Positions 51,900 to 64,000 of a stretch of DNA of 64,000 nucleotides are shown here, piece after piece. The position numbers and the translations under genes were made by a program. Source of the stretch: Octopus vulgaris (lineage: Eukaryota); NCBI GenBank assembly GCA_951406725.2, contig OX597837.1, forward strand, positions 23,560,001-23,624,000, given 5' to 3'. Positions within the stretch are counted from its first letter, which is position 1; every line of letters begins with the position of its first letter. Under the pieces are notes generated by a model, which worked only from the letters and a program-made list of their open reading frames with translations, was not told where the DNA came from and did no database searches.

Positions 51900-53880
51900 C
51901 GGTGGTGGGGCACAATGAGTAACATTTACTGCATTTTTGACTTTGAGGAAAAAAAATATTTTAATAACTGTTCACTATCTAAAAACCTACGTCAGCTAAG
52001 CAAATGACCTTCTCTAAATGCATTAAAAAATATTCAGAACACTATTTCAGAAAATTACCTCTGTTCTCTTTGAGCATTTAAATGACAAATTTGTTTGTTC
52101 CTTCTTGAGCCTTGCCTGGCTATTAAGCACCAGGTTTCCTTGGCGTATAGGTTCCCCACCTGGATGGTGCAAGATGCAGGAGAAAAGAGTAGGAGAAAGA
52201 GTCAGCAGAAGTTTGCCATCATCTTCTGCTGGAGCCGTGTGGAGCTTAGGTGTTTTCGCTCATAAACACACACATCGCCCAGTCTGAGATTCGAACCCAC
52301 GATCCCTCAATTGCGAGTCCGCTGCTCTAACCACTAGGCCATGTGCCTCCATAAATGACAAATTTAGATGGGTCAAAATGAGTAAGAAAAGATAAGGTAA
52401 ATTTGCCTCTTCAGTTCTCCAGAATTACATTTGAAAAAAACTCACACACATCAGTATGTCGGTCAAATGAAAAGGAGTCATGGGAAAATGGCATAATATG
52501 AAATTAATGAAATTTGACTAAATCAAAAAATTCAGCATAAAATATTCTCTATAGCTTCTTCACGATCTGCCAGAGTGGCTCTCTGCAGAGTTCTGGTTTA
52601 AGCATCTCATATAACCTCTCATAGCTTTATTATTATTTTTTTTTTTTTGAATTTTTAAAACACATGAGGATTTATGCAACTATGAAAATTTTTTTTAATT
52701 TTTCGTTTTTTTTTTGTTTTTTTTTTGCAGACAGTCCTAAATTTTGACTTCAATCCTGGCAATAGACCATTAAACGTGTTTATGGGGAGAAAGATATTGA
52801 GAAACATCAATACATCAGAGTGATAAAGAAACGTGGTGGGTATCAGGTGGTCATGAGATGTGCTAAAAATAACAGCTAAATAGCCCTTAGATCATACACA
52901 AATAACGTTTTTTTTACTTTTTCATAGTCATATAAGCACAGGCGCAGGAGTGGCTGTGTGGTAAGTAGCTTGCTTAACAAACCACATGGTTCCGCATTCA
53001 GTCCCACTGCGTGGTACCTTGGGCAAGTGTCTTCAACTATAGCCGCAGGCTGACCAAAGACTTGTGAGTGGATTTGGTAGATGGAAACTGAAAGAAGCCG
53101 TCGTATATATGTATACGTATATATGTGTGTGTGTGTGTGTTTGTACCCCCAACATCGCTTGACAACCAATGCTGGTGTGTTTACGCTCCCGTAACTTAGC
53201 AGTTCAGCAAAAGAGACCGATAGAATAAGTACTAGGCTTACAAAGAATAAGTCCTGGGGTCGATTTACTTGACTAAAGGTGGTGCTCTAGCATGGCCACA
53301 GTCAAATGACTGAAACAAGTAAAAGAGTAAAAGAGTAAAGAGAATATGAAATCCCATGTGTAAAATACAAATTTGCAAAAATTTTCTGAAAAGTCCAAAA
53401 ACTAGAAAAAGTTATGAGATGTTATATGGGGTATTTAAAGCGGAATTCCACCTGGCTCTCTTCCTGATACATTTATACACCATGCATTTAAAGAGAAGAG
53501 ATCATTGAAATTAGTCATTACTCATTTTGCCCCAGTTTAGACATCAGCTTTTGAAAATTGAAAATTATCACATTAGACATTAACCCAACAGAGGAAAGAA
53601 TTTGGACAGTTGGACACCCAAAATTGCCTAGATATTTTATTAGGAACCTCAGAGGGAAAATTTCTTGAAAATAAAGTACCTCTTACCTGACAATTTCAAA
53701 CTGCCTCAACTGCAACAACCACAATGGTGGGCAATGCTTACTTCCAAAGATGATGCAAGAATACAAAATGATGGTGCAATACTTGCAATGTAATGTTTTC
53801 AGAGAAGTAGTGAGAAAATAATAAAAACTTGGTAATAACTCATTTTGCCCCAGTTACCAACTTTGCCCCACTTCACTGTA
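51900..53880. mobile_element. Possible degraded pogo/Tc1-like non-autonomous element with nested SINEs D (52090-52351, minus) and A (52940-53342, plus)
   Basis: The right end CATTTTGCCCCAGTTACCAACTTTGCCCCACTTCACTG|TA partly matches GTGGGGCACAATGAGTAAC near 51905. The nested SINEs are clear; the outer element is tentative. Confidence 0.4.
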
Positions 53881-54122
53881 GTTTGACAAAATGACGATAA
53901 ATTATGAAAACGAAAGAAAGAAAAAGAACATGTGAGCATAAAAGCAATAATTCTAAAGCTGTAAAAAAAAAAAGGTGCTTTGAGCTGTTGAGAGATGTAA
54001 TTTTATAATTAAAGCTAAATAAAAAATTTAGATTTTGGAACATAATACTTACTTGTTCTTTCATAAAATAAGACCAATTTTCCATGCCTAACTGAAAGAA
54101 TGGCAATATATGTGTGTGCATA

Positions 54123-54159
<37 letters not shown>

Positions 54160-55465
54160 CTTTAATGGCCAGTAATCAATCTAAGGTCGTTCATTGAAAG
54201 GAATCGGAACTAGAGACAATAATTTCTTTCTATCAATCTCCCTATCTATCTTTATATACATCCATACTCTCTCTCACACACACAAACACACACACACATA
54301 CGCTCACATACACGCAGATACACACACAAACACACACTCAGGGATACATACACTTTTTGGAGTGTTTTGTTGCTTTCTGTGAATAAAGAACTACAATTAA
54401 TTCCCATGGGAATTGCGGCTGCTTTGGGAATGAACTGATGTCACTAATGTAGTTAAAACTGGTTGTTTATCAAAACAGAGGCATTTTTTTAGGATATGTT
54501 TGTTTATTGAAAGAGAACTACTGCATGCAAGATTACTGGATTACTGAGGTGGGAGCCTGCCTATATTGAATAGTACATACCCTTCATAGCAGGAAAGCCC
54601 AATATCTTTGGATGCCTGGGGCATTTGCCCTCTTTGACTCACTATAAATTTGGCCCTGTGTATGTACACACGTATCTACACACCATGATTTATACACATG
54701 CAGATGAGGATCGATTCATATGAAAAAGGACGTGAACAAAATGATATGACCACTTGCTTATAGGGAAATTTGCAAGTTTGATTTAGAACTTTTCTTTTTT
54801 TTTCGTTTTTTTTTAAATGTAATCAAACCAAATGTTCATCATTTCGAGCCACTTACCCAATGAGTATTTCTGCCAAATGTGGTGAAACTCCGTTCAGCCA
54901 TTTTCCAGTAATTTTGCAAACACACAGACAAACAGACTAAGATGAGTGATTACAATACCCTGCTTCATTCATGTATGCAGGGTAATAAAATTGAAAGAGC
55001 AAAATAAGTACGGGGGTCAATTTGTTCAACTAATTCTCCAAAGCAATGCTCCAGCATGGCCAGTCTTATGACTGAAACAAGTAAAAGGTAAAAGATTTGT
55101 GTGTGTGTGTGTGTGTGATGGTATATTTTATCATGTGTGGTTATTTACTTGAGTGTGTGACTGTACAAGTTGTAATTGCTTAACCCCAGGTCAGACTTGA
55201 CAAACCAGACTTATGTTCTAGTTATGATCATTGTAGCTTTTTGTATGATTAGGACTATTTTGTCCAATGTTTCCTTCTTTTCTTAAGATGTGCGACTATG
55301 ATATATGGGAATTTGGCTACTATTTCTAGCATTTAGCATAACCCAGAGGCTAGTCTGCTGACACATTTTGGTGTCATGTATTGGTGTCATCATGTACTGT
55401 GTGTGTTTGCAGTGATTTGATGACACTGTAATGAGATCAATTTCTATTATGGTATATTGAAGACA

Positions 55466-56916
55466 TCTTACTATAAAGGGTGTTGTATCCATCTGTCTGT
55501 TCGTCTATCTGTTCCCTCTTCATGATCAAATGGCTGGACCATTTGACCATGAAGTTTGAGGTTATGAAGGAGGTAATCAGGAAGGTTTTTAGCAAAAAAA
55601 TGTGAAAAAGTATGATTATTTAAAGGATGAGTTTTGTATTAATAAATCACCTTTGATTTTTTTTTTGTTAAAATCCCGATGACGAAGATTAACTCTGCCC
55701 CCCATCCCCGTATAGTTCATGAATTTAGAGAGTTTAGATTTACAATACTATCCCTTTATTTTCCATCGTAGATAGGTACATTTGCTATCTTACTATAATG
55801 GGTGTTATGTCTGACCATCTCTTTGTCTGTTTCCTCTTCATGGCCAAACAGCTGGGCTAATAGTTATATTTTTCAGGATTACAAAGATGGTTGTCTGGAA
55901 GGATTAAAAAAATCAAGAAGTATGATTATTTCATGGATATCAATTTTTTAATTGATAAACCACCCTCACATTTTTATTAAAAATTCACCGACCACGAGTA
56001 ACTCTAGATTTTCATCGTATAGTTCGTGGCCCCATCGTAGATATGAAGGAGATCATAAGGATGGTTAATAGGAAAAATAAAATAGAAAAAGTGTGTGTCA
56101 GTATATAGTGTATGTGATTATTTAGTGGTTATTGAAGTGTGTCAGACTTGGGCAGGATTCAAAATGGCTAATCGAAGTGGTTGTTAGTTACATCTCAGTT
56201 TTGTCAATCAAAATAACCATGGTACCAGAACATCCAGACATTATTCGCATAGAACAGTGATGGTTAAGTCTTAGTTTGATTTTTTACAAACCTAAAGATT
56301 CTGCTTGTACATTCACAGCAAACAAGGCCCATGACCAGACTTTAGATCATCAAGGTATATTTTTACCTTCTCAAATGTTTACACTTGGTCAGTTATACAT
56401 CACTATGAGTTGAGCAATGGACTTCAGTAATTTGAAAATTAATGTTGACCAAACAGAAAATACCATCTACAAAGGAATTTTGGAATCATATTGATATTAT
56501 CAAAAGGAATATGATTCATAATTTAAATATGGAAATTTGTGAACTTTGAATGTATAAGAGTATAAACAAGCATAAAATAGTGTAAACAACTAAAACAAAA
56601 GTATATCTAAATAACATATTTTCTTGATACTTTCAAAAGAAGCTCTGGCTTTCGTTAGGAGTGGTCCACATAACCATTCTTAATGCAGAGGCTGGGAGCC
56701 TATTTCAGTTCATGAGTGAATCATTATTACATGTCACCTAGTCACAAACATGTCATATAGCTGCAATAGAATGTTGTATCACCAACAATAATGTGATTTC
56801 TCTAAGACATCACCCAGTAATCTATCAAGTCTATTTACACATTTCTGAATACATACAGCTGTTATGACTTCCTTCCCTCATTTTACGCTTCCATCGTAGA
56901 TGGGTACATTTGCAAG
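55466..56916 (+). mobile_element. Two head-to-tail non-autonomous Helitron-like elements (55466-55787 and 55788-56916)
   Basis: Both start TCTTACTATAA.GGGTGTT. Both end with the hairpin CCATC-gta-GAT(A/G)G plus TACATTTGCTA or TACATTTGCAAG|T. Confidence 0.7.
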
Positions 56917-57604
56917 TCAGTTTAATAGCCTTAGCATGGTAATCTGTAATGATTGGCCAACATACCTATCATGTATGGTTTGGACATTTGTTGAGTCCTG
57001 TGTTGTGATTGGTTGAGTGTTGTATGGGTATTGGATTGAAGGTCCAATCATATTCTGCTTAGTATATGTCAAATGACTAATCATTTATGTGTTCTGGAGC
57101 CTCCTTTTTTCCATAAATTGGTGCAACATATTATTTACAAGTCAGAGTGGTGAGAGTTTTTCAGCAAGGCATGTTATGCAGACCCTGCCATTTCCCAGGA
57201 AGATTAATATATAATGGAGCCCATGTAACCAATGACATCGCAAGCTGAATTATCAAAACCATGGATAAACAACAACCACCAGAATTTGTAATGTTTCTTG
57301 CTTTGATCTTCTGTATCACTTTACAAAGGAATAAACTCCCGCTGTCATTTTAAAGTTAATTTCTTTTGTTACTTCTGAGGATGAATACACAAAATATATT
57401 GAATAATGATTTACAGGATTCGTAAGTAAAATCAAGGGAGAGTTTAAACCAACATAAAAATCCTAAAACAAAAGTCTTCCTGATAAAATGTGAAGACATA
57501 GCAGTACTTCATTCTGACTTTCTTGTAGTGTTTTCTTGGCAGAGATATTGGGGTGGATCGTCATTGCCTAACCCAATGCTCTTACCACTGAGCTATGTGC
57601 CAGT

Positions 57605-58342
57605 GAAGACACATCACTCAATGGATAGAGTATCAGGCTCACAATCATGAGGTGGTGAGTTCAATTCCCAGACCGGGCCAAGTGTTGCGTTCTTGAGCAA
57701 GTCACTTTATTTCATGTTGCTCCAGGAGTGGCTGTGTGGTAAGTAGCTTGTCTACCAACCACATGGTTCCGGGTTCAGTCCCACTGCATGGCACCTTGGG
57801 CAAGTGTCTTCTACTATAGCCTCAGGCCGACCAAAGCCTTGTGAGTGGATTTGGTAGACGGAAACTGAAAGAAGCCTGTTGTATATATGTATATATATAT
57901 ATATATATGCATGTGTGTGTTTTTGTGGTTGTGTTTGTCCCCTAGCATTGCTTGACAACCGATGCTGGTGTGTTTACATCCCCATTACTTAGCGGTTCGG
58001 CAAAAGAGACCGATAGAATAAGTACTGGGCTTACAAAAGAATAAGTCCCGGGGATCGAGTTGCTTGATTAAAGGCGGTGCTCCAGCAGGCCGCAGTCAAA
58101 TGACTGAAACAAGTAAAAGAGTAAAAGAGTAAAGAGAGTAGAAATGAACTGCGATGTCACAGGTGCCAAGCTTGATCAGCCTTTCTCTTCCCCTTGGATA
58201 ACATCAGGGGTGTGGAGAGAGGAGTCTGGTATGCATGAGCGACTGCTGGTCTTCCATAAGCAACCTTGCCCAGACTTGTGCTACAGAGGGTAACTTTCTA
58301 AGTGCAAGCCCATAGTCATTCATGACCAAAGGGGATCCTTAT
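57605..58342 (+). mobile_element. Family E-like SINE interrupted by a full family A SINE (57725-58135)
   Basis: tRNA-like head and GTTCTTGAGCAAGTCACTT...GTTGCTCCAG, then the family A copy, then resumption at gtagaaatgaactgcg. Confidence 0.7.
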
Positions 58343-58637
58343 TATTTTACCCAACTGGATGGTCATTAACCTGTTAGGGGCTCATCCAGTCTTGTTTGTT
58401 AGTCCTGCAGGATGTCCAAACAAGCCATTCACAAGAGTAACCTACTATTTGAGTGGGGGGAGTTGGTTTAGTTACTGACCACTTGACCAAGAAACAGGCC
58501 ATACTGGTTTAGGGGTACCCAGTAGCAGGTCTTATTAGACTGTGACGAGACCTCTGACCTGACCTAGTGTATACCCATGTACACATGTGTGATGGTTAAT
58601 GTTTTTGAGTCTATGTATGTACATGTGCACACATGCA

Positions 58638-58686
<49 letters not shown>

Positions 58687-58879
58687 GTTATGGGTTTGTG
58701 TGCATGTATATTTGCATGAATGCATCTGTATTTGTGTGTATGTGCATGTAAGTGTTGATATGTATATATATATCATCAGTGTATCATATATCTTCTGTGT
58801 GTATGTGTGTATGTGTGTGTATGTGTGTGTGTGCATGCATGTGTGCGTATATATATATATATATATATATATTGAAAGA

Positions 58880-58916
58880 CTATTGAAAAGGTTGCAAGAC
58901 ACAACGAAAATTTTAG
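58880..58916 (+). ncRNA. Minimal hammerhead-like motif with a U3-A8 core in a (TA)n-embedded element (about 58872-59068)
   Basis: CTA-TTGAAAA-G-GTTG-caagaca-CAAC-GAAA-AT-TT-TAG. Confidence 0.45.
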
Positions 58917-59097
58917 GAAAATAAAAATAAGGAATAAGTGGAAATTTTACCAGTGAGTGTGTTAAATAATAAGGCACAAAAAGAAAATGGCTCTCTCCAG
59001 ACTCAGCAGAATATGCTTCAACACATGAACTCACATAAAGAATCTTGCAAACCAAATCCAAAAACGATATATATATACATACATGCATATATATATA

Positions 59098-59506
59098 CTC
59101 TCTTTTTACTCTTTTACTTGTTTCAGTCATGTGACTGTGGCCATGCTGGAGCACCGCCTTTAGTCGATCAAATCGACCCCAGGACTTATTCTTTGTAAGC
59201 CTAGTATTTTATCGGTCTCTTTTTGCCGAACCGCTAAATTACGGGCACGTAAACACACCAGCATCGGTTGTCAAGCGATGTTGGGGGGACAAACACAGAC
59301 ACACAAACACGCACATACACACATATATATATATACATATATACAACGGGCTTCTTTCAGTTTCCGTCTATCAAATCCACTCACAAGGCTTTGGTCGGCC
59401 CGAGGCTATAGTAGAAGACACTTGTCCAAGGTGCCACGCAGTGGGACTGAACCCGGAACCATGTGGTTGGTAAGCAAGCTACTTACCACACAGCCACTCC
59501 TGCGCC
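59098..59506 (-). mobile_element. Full-length, little-diverged family A SINE
   Basis: ctctttttactcttttacttg ... cagccactcctgcgcc, CpG-rich. Confidence 0.9.
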
Positions 59507-60279
59507 TTCTTAACTTTCTGCACACAAGCATCATGCAGACAGAGCCTAGAATATCTACTTCAGTACAATGCTATCTAAAACATAACCCAATAACACCTCC
59601 CCCCACTCACACACACACTTTTTTATAGCTAAAATTCAGTCATATATTTTACCCTCACGTGACCTCCCTAAGTATAGCCATCATTATTTATATTTTCTAA
59701 GAAACCAATGTAACATGGCAGGAAATTTCAAGACATAAAACACACACACAAAAACAAAAAATGCTAAATCTCAACTACTAAACTGGCACGGTTCCTGTTT
59801 ATACTCAGTAACTTTTGCTTATAAGCAATTGAGCTAAGGCTGTTAAAAAAAAAGAAAAAAGGTTAAAAAGGTTATTGTTCATAAAATGAATTTATCACTC
59901 AAAAACCACGGAAAGCCCAATTCATTATTTGATTCTTCATATAACTCTGGTCATTTTTCATGATTGAATTTTCTTTGCTTCTAAATTTACTTGCAGTATT
60001 CTTGCAGTATCTGTCTTTTTTCTCATTATCCATTCATTCAGCCAACACTTTTTACAGTTCTTAACAGTGACCCTGTTTTCCCTTTATAAATTGCTTGTTT
60101 TTTTTTTGTTTTTTGTTTTCTTACTTATTTTCTGTCATTGGACTCGGTTTCTTTCTTTCATCCATCTATCCATCCTGGTTGGGCTACTTTCCCAGACCAA
60201 TGAAAATCTTCCATACCAGATGTTTTGATCAAGTCTTGCCTGAGTTTTAATCACATTGCAAAGACCCAACAAATAACGT

Positions 60280-61864
60280 GAGCTCATGGCTATTTCCTGC
60301 ATCAGTTTCGCATAGCAGCTCCAGCCCATCCAAAGTACCTTGGATTGCAGAATGACCTGCTGTGCTTACCTTGGATCGTAGGGTGACCTGTTGTGCTTGA
60401 GGAGACCTATTGAGTCAAGTACATCAACATTGAAATAAATATCAAATGGAAATAGTAGTTGTGATACCTGTGCCAGTGGCACGTAAAAAGCACCATTCGA
60501 ACGTGGCCAATGCCAGCGCCGCCTTGACTGGCTTCCGTGCTGGTGGAACGTAAAAAGCACCAACTGATCGTGGCTGCTGCCAGCCTCTCCTGGCACCTGT
60601 GCTGGTGGCACATAAAAAGCAACCACTACACTCACAGAGTGGTTAGTGTTAGGAAAGGCACCCAGCTGTAGAAAAACTGCCAGATCAGACTGGAGACTGG
60701 TGCAGCCTTCTGGCTTCCCAGACCCCGGCCAAACAGTCCAACCCGTGCTAGCATGGAAAACGGACAATAAATGATGATGATGATGATGATTATGATGGTC
60801 TTTTACTAGCTGAAATATCTCATCTGCACATACCATGACTATAGATGGTAACAGTAATTTGCTAACTGAACTCCTCGATCCTAGCCATTGGATTTGATTT
60901 TTTTTAAATCTGTGACTGGAAGGAAATGTTTTTGGTTATTAGTAATCAAGTCTTGAGTCTGTTACAAACTAAAGATCAAATTATAGTTGTTATGTGCCGG
61001 TGGCACATAAAATCACCATCCGTTCGTGGCCGTTGCCAGCCTCGCCTGGCCCCGTGCCGGTGGCATGTAAAAGCACCATCCGTTCATGTCCGTTGCCAGC
61101 CTCGCCTGGCCCCCGTGCCGGTGGCACGTAAAAGCACCATCCGTTCGTGGCCATTTGCCAGCTCCGTCTGGCACCTGTGCGGGTGGCACGTAAAAAGCAC
61201 CCACTACACTCACGGAGTGGTTGGCGTTAGGAAGGGCATCCAGCCGTAGAAACATTGCCAGATCTGACTGGGCCTGGTGCAGCCTTCCGGCTTCACAGAC
61301 CCCAGTTGAACCGTCCAACCCATGCTAGCATGGAAAACGGACGCTAAATGATGATGATGATGATGATGATGTTGCTGTTTTCTAAACTTTTGCAACAGTG
61401 AATATATTTGTTATTGTTTTTGCATATACACAAAAAAGAGAAAAAGGAAATAGTCCTGACATGTTTCATAATTTGTTGACCATCTATCAAAGATGTCTTT
61501 CACCTGGCACAAAACCACCGCCTTCAACACCACTTCCCTTCTCAGTTGAGGGATCTTTGTCTTGCAAGTTATGAGGTTACTCCATCAGTGTTGATGCCAC
61601 ATAAAAAGCACCCGTTACACCCTGTAAAGTGGTTGGCATTTGGAAGGGCATCCTGCCATAAAACTTTGCCAAAGCAGATCTTACCTGTACTGGTGCCATG
61701 TAAAAAGCACCCAGTACAATTTGTAAGGTGGTTGGCATTAGGAAGGGCATCCAGCTGTAAAATCCATGGCAAAGCAGACAGTGGAACTTAGTGCACTCCC
61801 CAGGCTTCTTTATCAGCTCCTGTCAAACCGGTCAACCCATGCCAACATGGAAGATGGCTTTTAA

Positions 61865-61870
<6 letters not shown>
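60280..61870 (+). mobile_element. Three consecutive family C SINEs (about 60280-60790, 60991-61372 and 61550-61870)
   Basis: Each has array units, the AGGAAGGGCA block and a (GAT)n tail. Confidence 0.85.
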
Positions 61871-61896
<26 letters not shown>

Positions 61897-62045
61897 GGCG
61901 GTGGTGGTGGTGATGATGATGATGATGATGATGATGGTGGTGGTGATGATGATGATGATGATGGTGGTGGTGGATGGTGGTGGTGATGATGATGATGATG
62001 ATGGTGATGGTGGTGTGATGGTGATGATGGTGATGATGGTGATCC

Positions 62046-62089
<44 letters not shown>

Positions 62090-62823
62090 GTGGTGGTGAT
62101 GATGATGATGGTGGTAGTGGTGATGATGGTGGTGGTGGTGATGATGATGATGATGATGATGATAACCTGGTACAATAGTAATAGCAATGAGATTTTTAAG
62201 TTTTTGAAATTGCAACCATACAGTTGGTAGGCTTGTGTTTTAAAAGCAGACATCGCTCTTGCTCGAATGGATAATTCTATAGGATAAACCTATCGGTATG
62301 AGAGTGAAATCAACAAGAAACAACTCCATATCTCGTTTAGATGAGGCAAGAATTATTTAAGGATCAGCCACAGCATAATTGAATTACTAAATAGTGTTAA
62401 CTGTAAAGGCATTTAATCAATCAGCTTTATAAAAAAAAAAAAAGCGAAAATTTAAACAATCATTCCCCGCTATTTAGCCTCTTCTCCCCCACCCCACACT
62501 GAAACTAAAACTAAATCTAGAAAATTAGAAGTGAAGAATCGAAGGTGAAATTTGAGGAATTACTTATCTTCTTAAAACTGATGAAGAAAATCCTGGAACT
62601 ACATTACGACAATGGTACATCAGATTTTAAATAGTAGTTTTATTGCAAATCTTCCCGAGGATTTGTTTTTAATCTGTTTCATTGTTTTGAGTCATTCTTA
62701 GATGTTGGACAAAAATTTATATTGATTTTAAGATTATTTCTTTGTAAAAGATTGTTCTATCTGAAGTTCTTCAATTACATAAAAATAAATCTTTGTTGGA
62801 ATTTATATTTATTTATATATATA

Positions 62824-63032
<209 letters not shown>

Positions 63033-63344
63033 TTTTTTCTCCTCCTTCTTATCTATTGATTCTACTAATAGACTGATCCATTTTGTGGAGATATTGTCAC
63101 AACAATGATTCTAAGTATGGTGTAAGATGAGATGCAGAAAATAACTGCAGATTTAAAGAAATAAAGTGGGAGAGGAAGAGATAAGAAGGAGAGAGACAGG
63201 CAGACGGATGTAAAGAGAGAAGGAGAACGAAAGGAAGACGCCACTTGATAAGCAAGCTGGCGCTGTTGATATCCGTAGCAGACAAGGAATGGAGTAATGT
63301 AAAGGCAAAGTGGACGATGAAGCAGTGAAGAAATGTTGTGTATG

Positions 63345-63720
63345 TTATCATCATCATCATCATCATCATCATTTAACGTCCGTGTTCCATGCTAGCATGG
63401 GTGGGATGGTAACACAAGAGCTTTCCAGGCTGAAGCGTGCACCAGACTTTCCGTGACTGTTTTGGCAGGATTTTTACAGCTGGATGCCTTTCCTAACATC
63501 AACCACCCAGCAGAGTGGACTTAGTGCTTTATAAGTAGCACAAGCACAGGCAAGGTGAGTAGTGCTTTTTATGTGGCACAAGCACAGGCGAGGTCAGTTT
63601 TGGTAAGATTTGTCAGTTTTGTCAAGGTTTTACTGCTGGATGCCCTTCCTAACACCATCTACTTTACAATGTGGACTGGGTGCTTTTAAGTGGCACCTGC
63701 ACTGACAGGGTCACCAAATA
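63345..63720 (-). mobile_element. Family C-related SINE with a duplicated GGATGCCCTTCCTAAC block
   Basis: catcatcatttaacgtccg...; same subtype as about 9790-10075. Confidence 0.75.
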
Positions 63721-64000
63721 CTTGCAAGACAAAAACTTTTAAGAGGAGAGGAGGCATTGGAGGAGATGGTGATGAAAAGTTTATAGTGAGACAGATACAG
63801 GTGTCTTGCTGAAGAGGAAGTACAAGGTTACCCGGCCAGAGAGAGAGAAAGATCAGGAATGAAGACAGAAACAGTTGTGCTACCACAACGAAAATACATG
63901 GTTGCCCATCCTGAGGGAACTGCAAGAGAAGGAGTGAGAGAGAGGGAGTGGGAGACCTCAGGATGAAGATGGTGGCAAGATGCCAGACATACTCACAAGG

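Larger units (their letters stand above)
50037..54658. mobile_element. Possible old hAT-like element enlarged by nested insertions
   Basis: Ends are CAGGACTGGATTTA and TAAATTTGGCCCTG (degenerate TIR). Flanks TGTATGTTA and TGTATGTA resemble an 8-bp TSD but lie in simple sequence. Confidence 0.35.

Overview
This is AT-rich, repeat-saturated eukaryotic DNA. The SINE families and the extreme microsatellite density suggest an octopus (coleoid cephalopod) intron or intergenic region; this is an inference from recalled sequence. I found no intact host gene, rRNA, true tRNA or CRISPR array, and nearly all listed ORFs are microsatellite or SINE read-through. The window holds many copies of about five modular SINE families, mariner, piggyBac-like and hAT-like DNA elements, non-autonomous Helitrons, and RTE and R4/Dong LINE fragments. 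The most interesting signals are structural. (1) A SINE family carries tandem arrays of a compact H-type pseudoknot motif. (2) Several minimal type-I hammerhead ribozyme motifs occur in (TA)n-embedded Penelope-like remnants, three within about 600 bp and one with a U3-A8 compensatory core. (3) A young GC-rich structured insert has a 12-bp target-site duplication (TSD). (4) A higher-order tandem repeat is built from two Tc1/mariner transposase fragments. (5) There is a SINE concatemer, a twin-priming-type inverted RTE and several long fold-backs. All folds and alignments were done by eye and coordinates of degraded elements are approximate.
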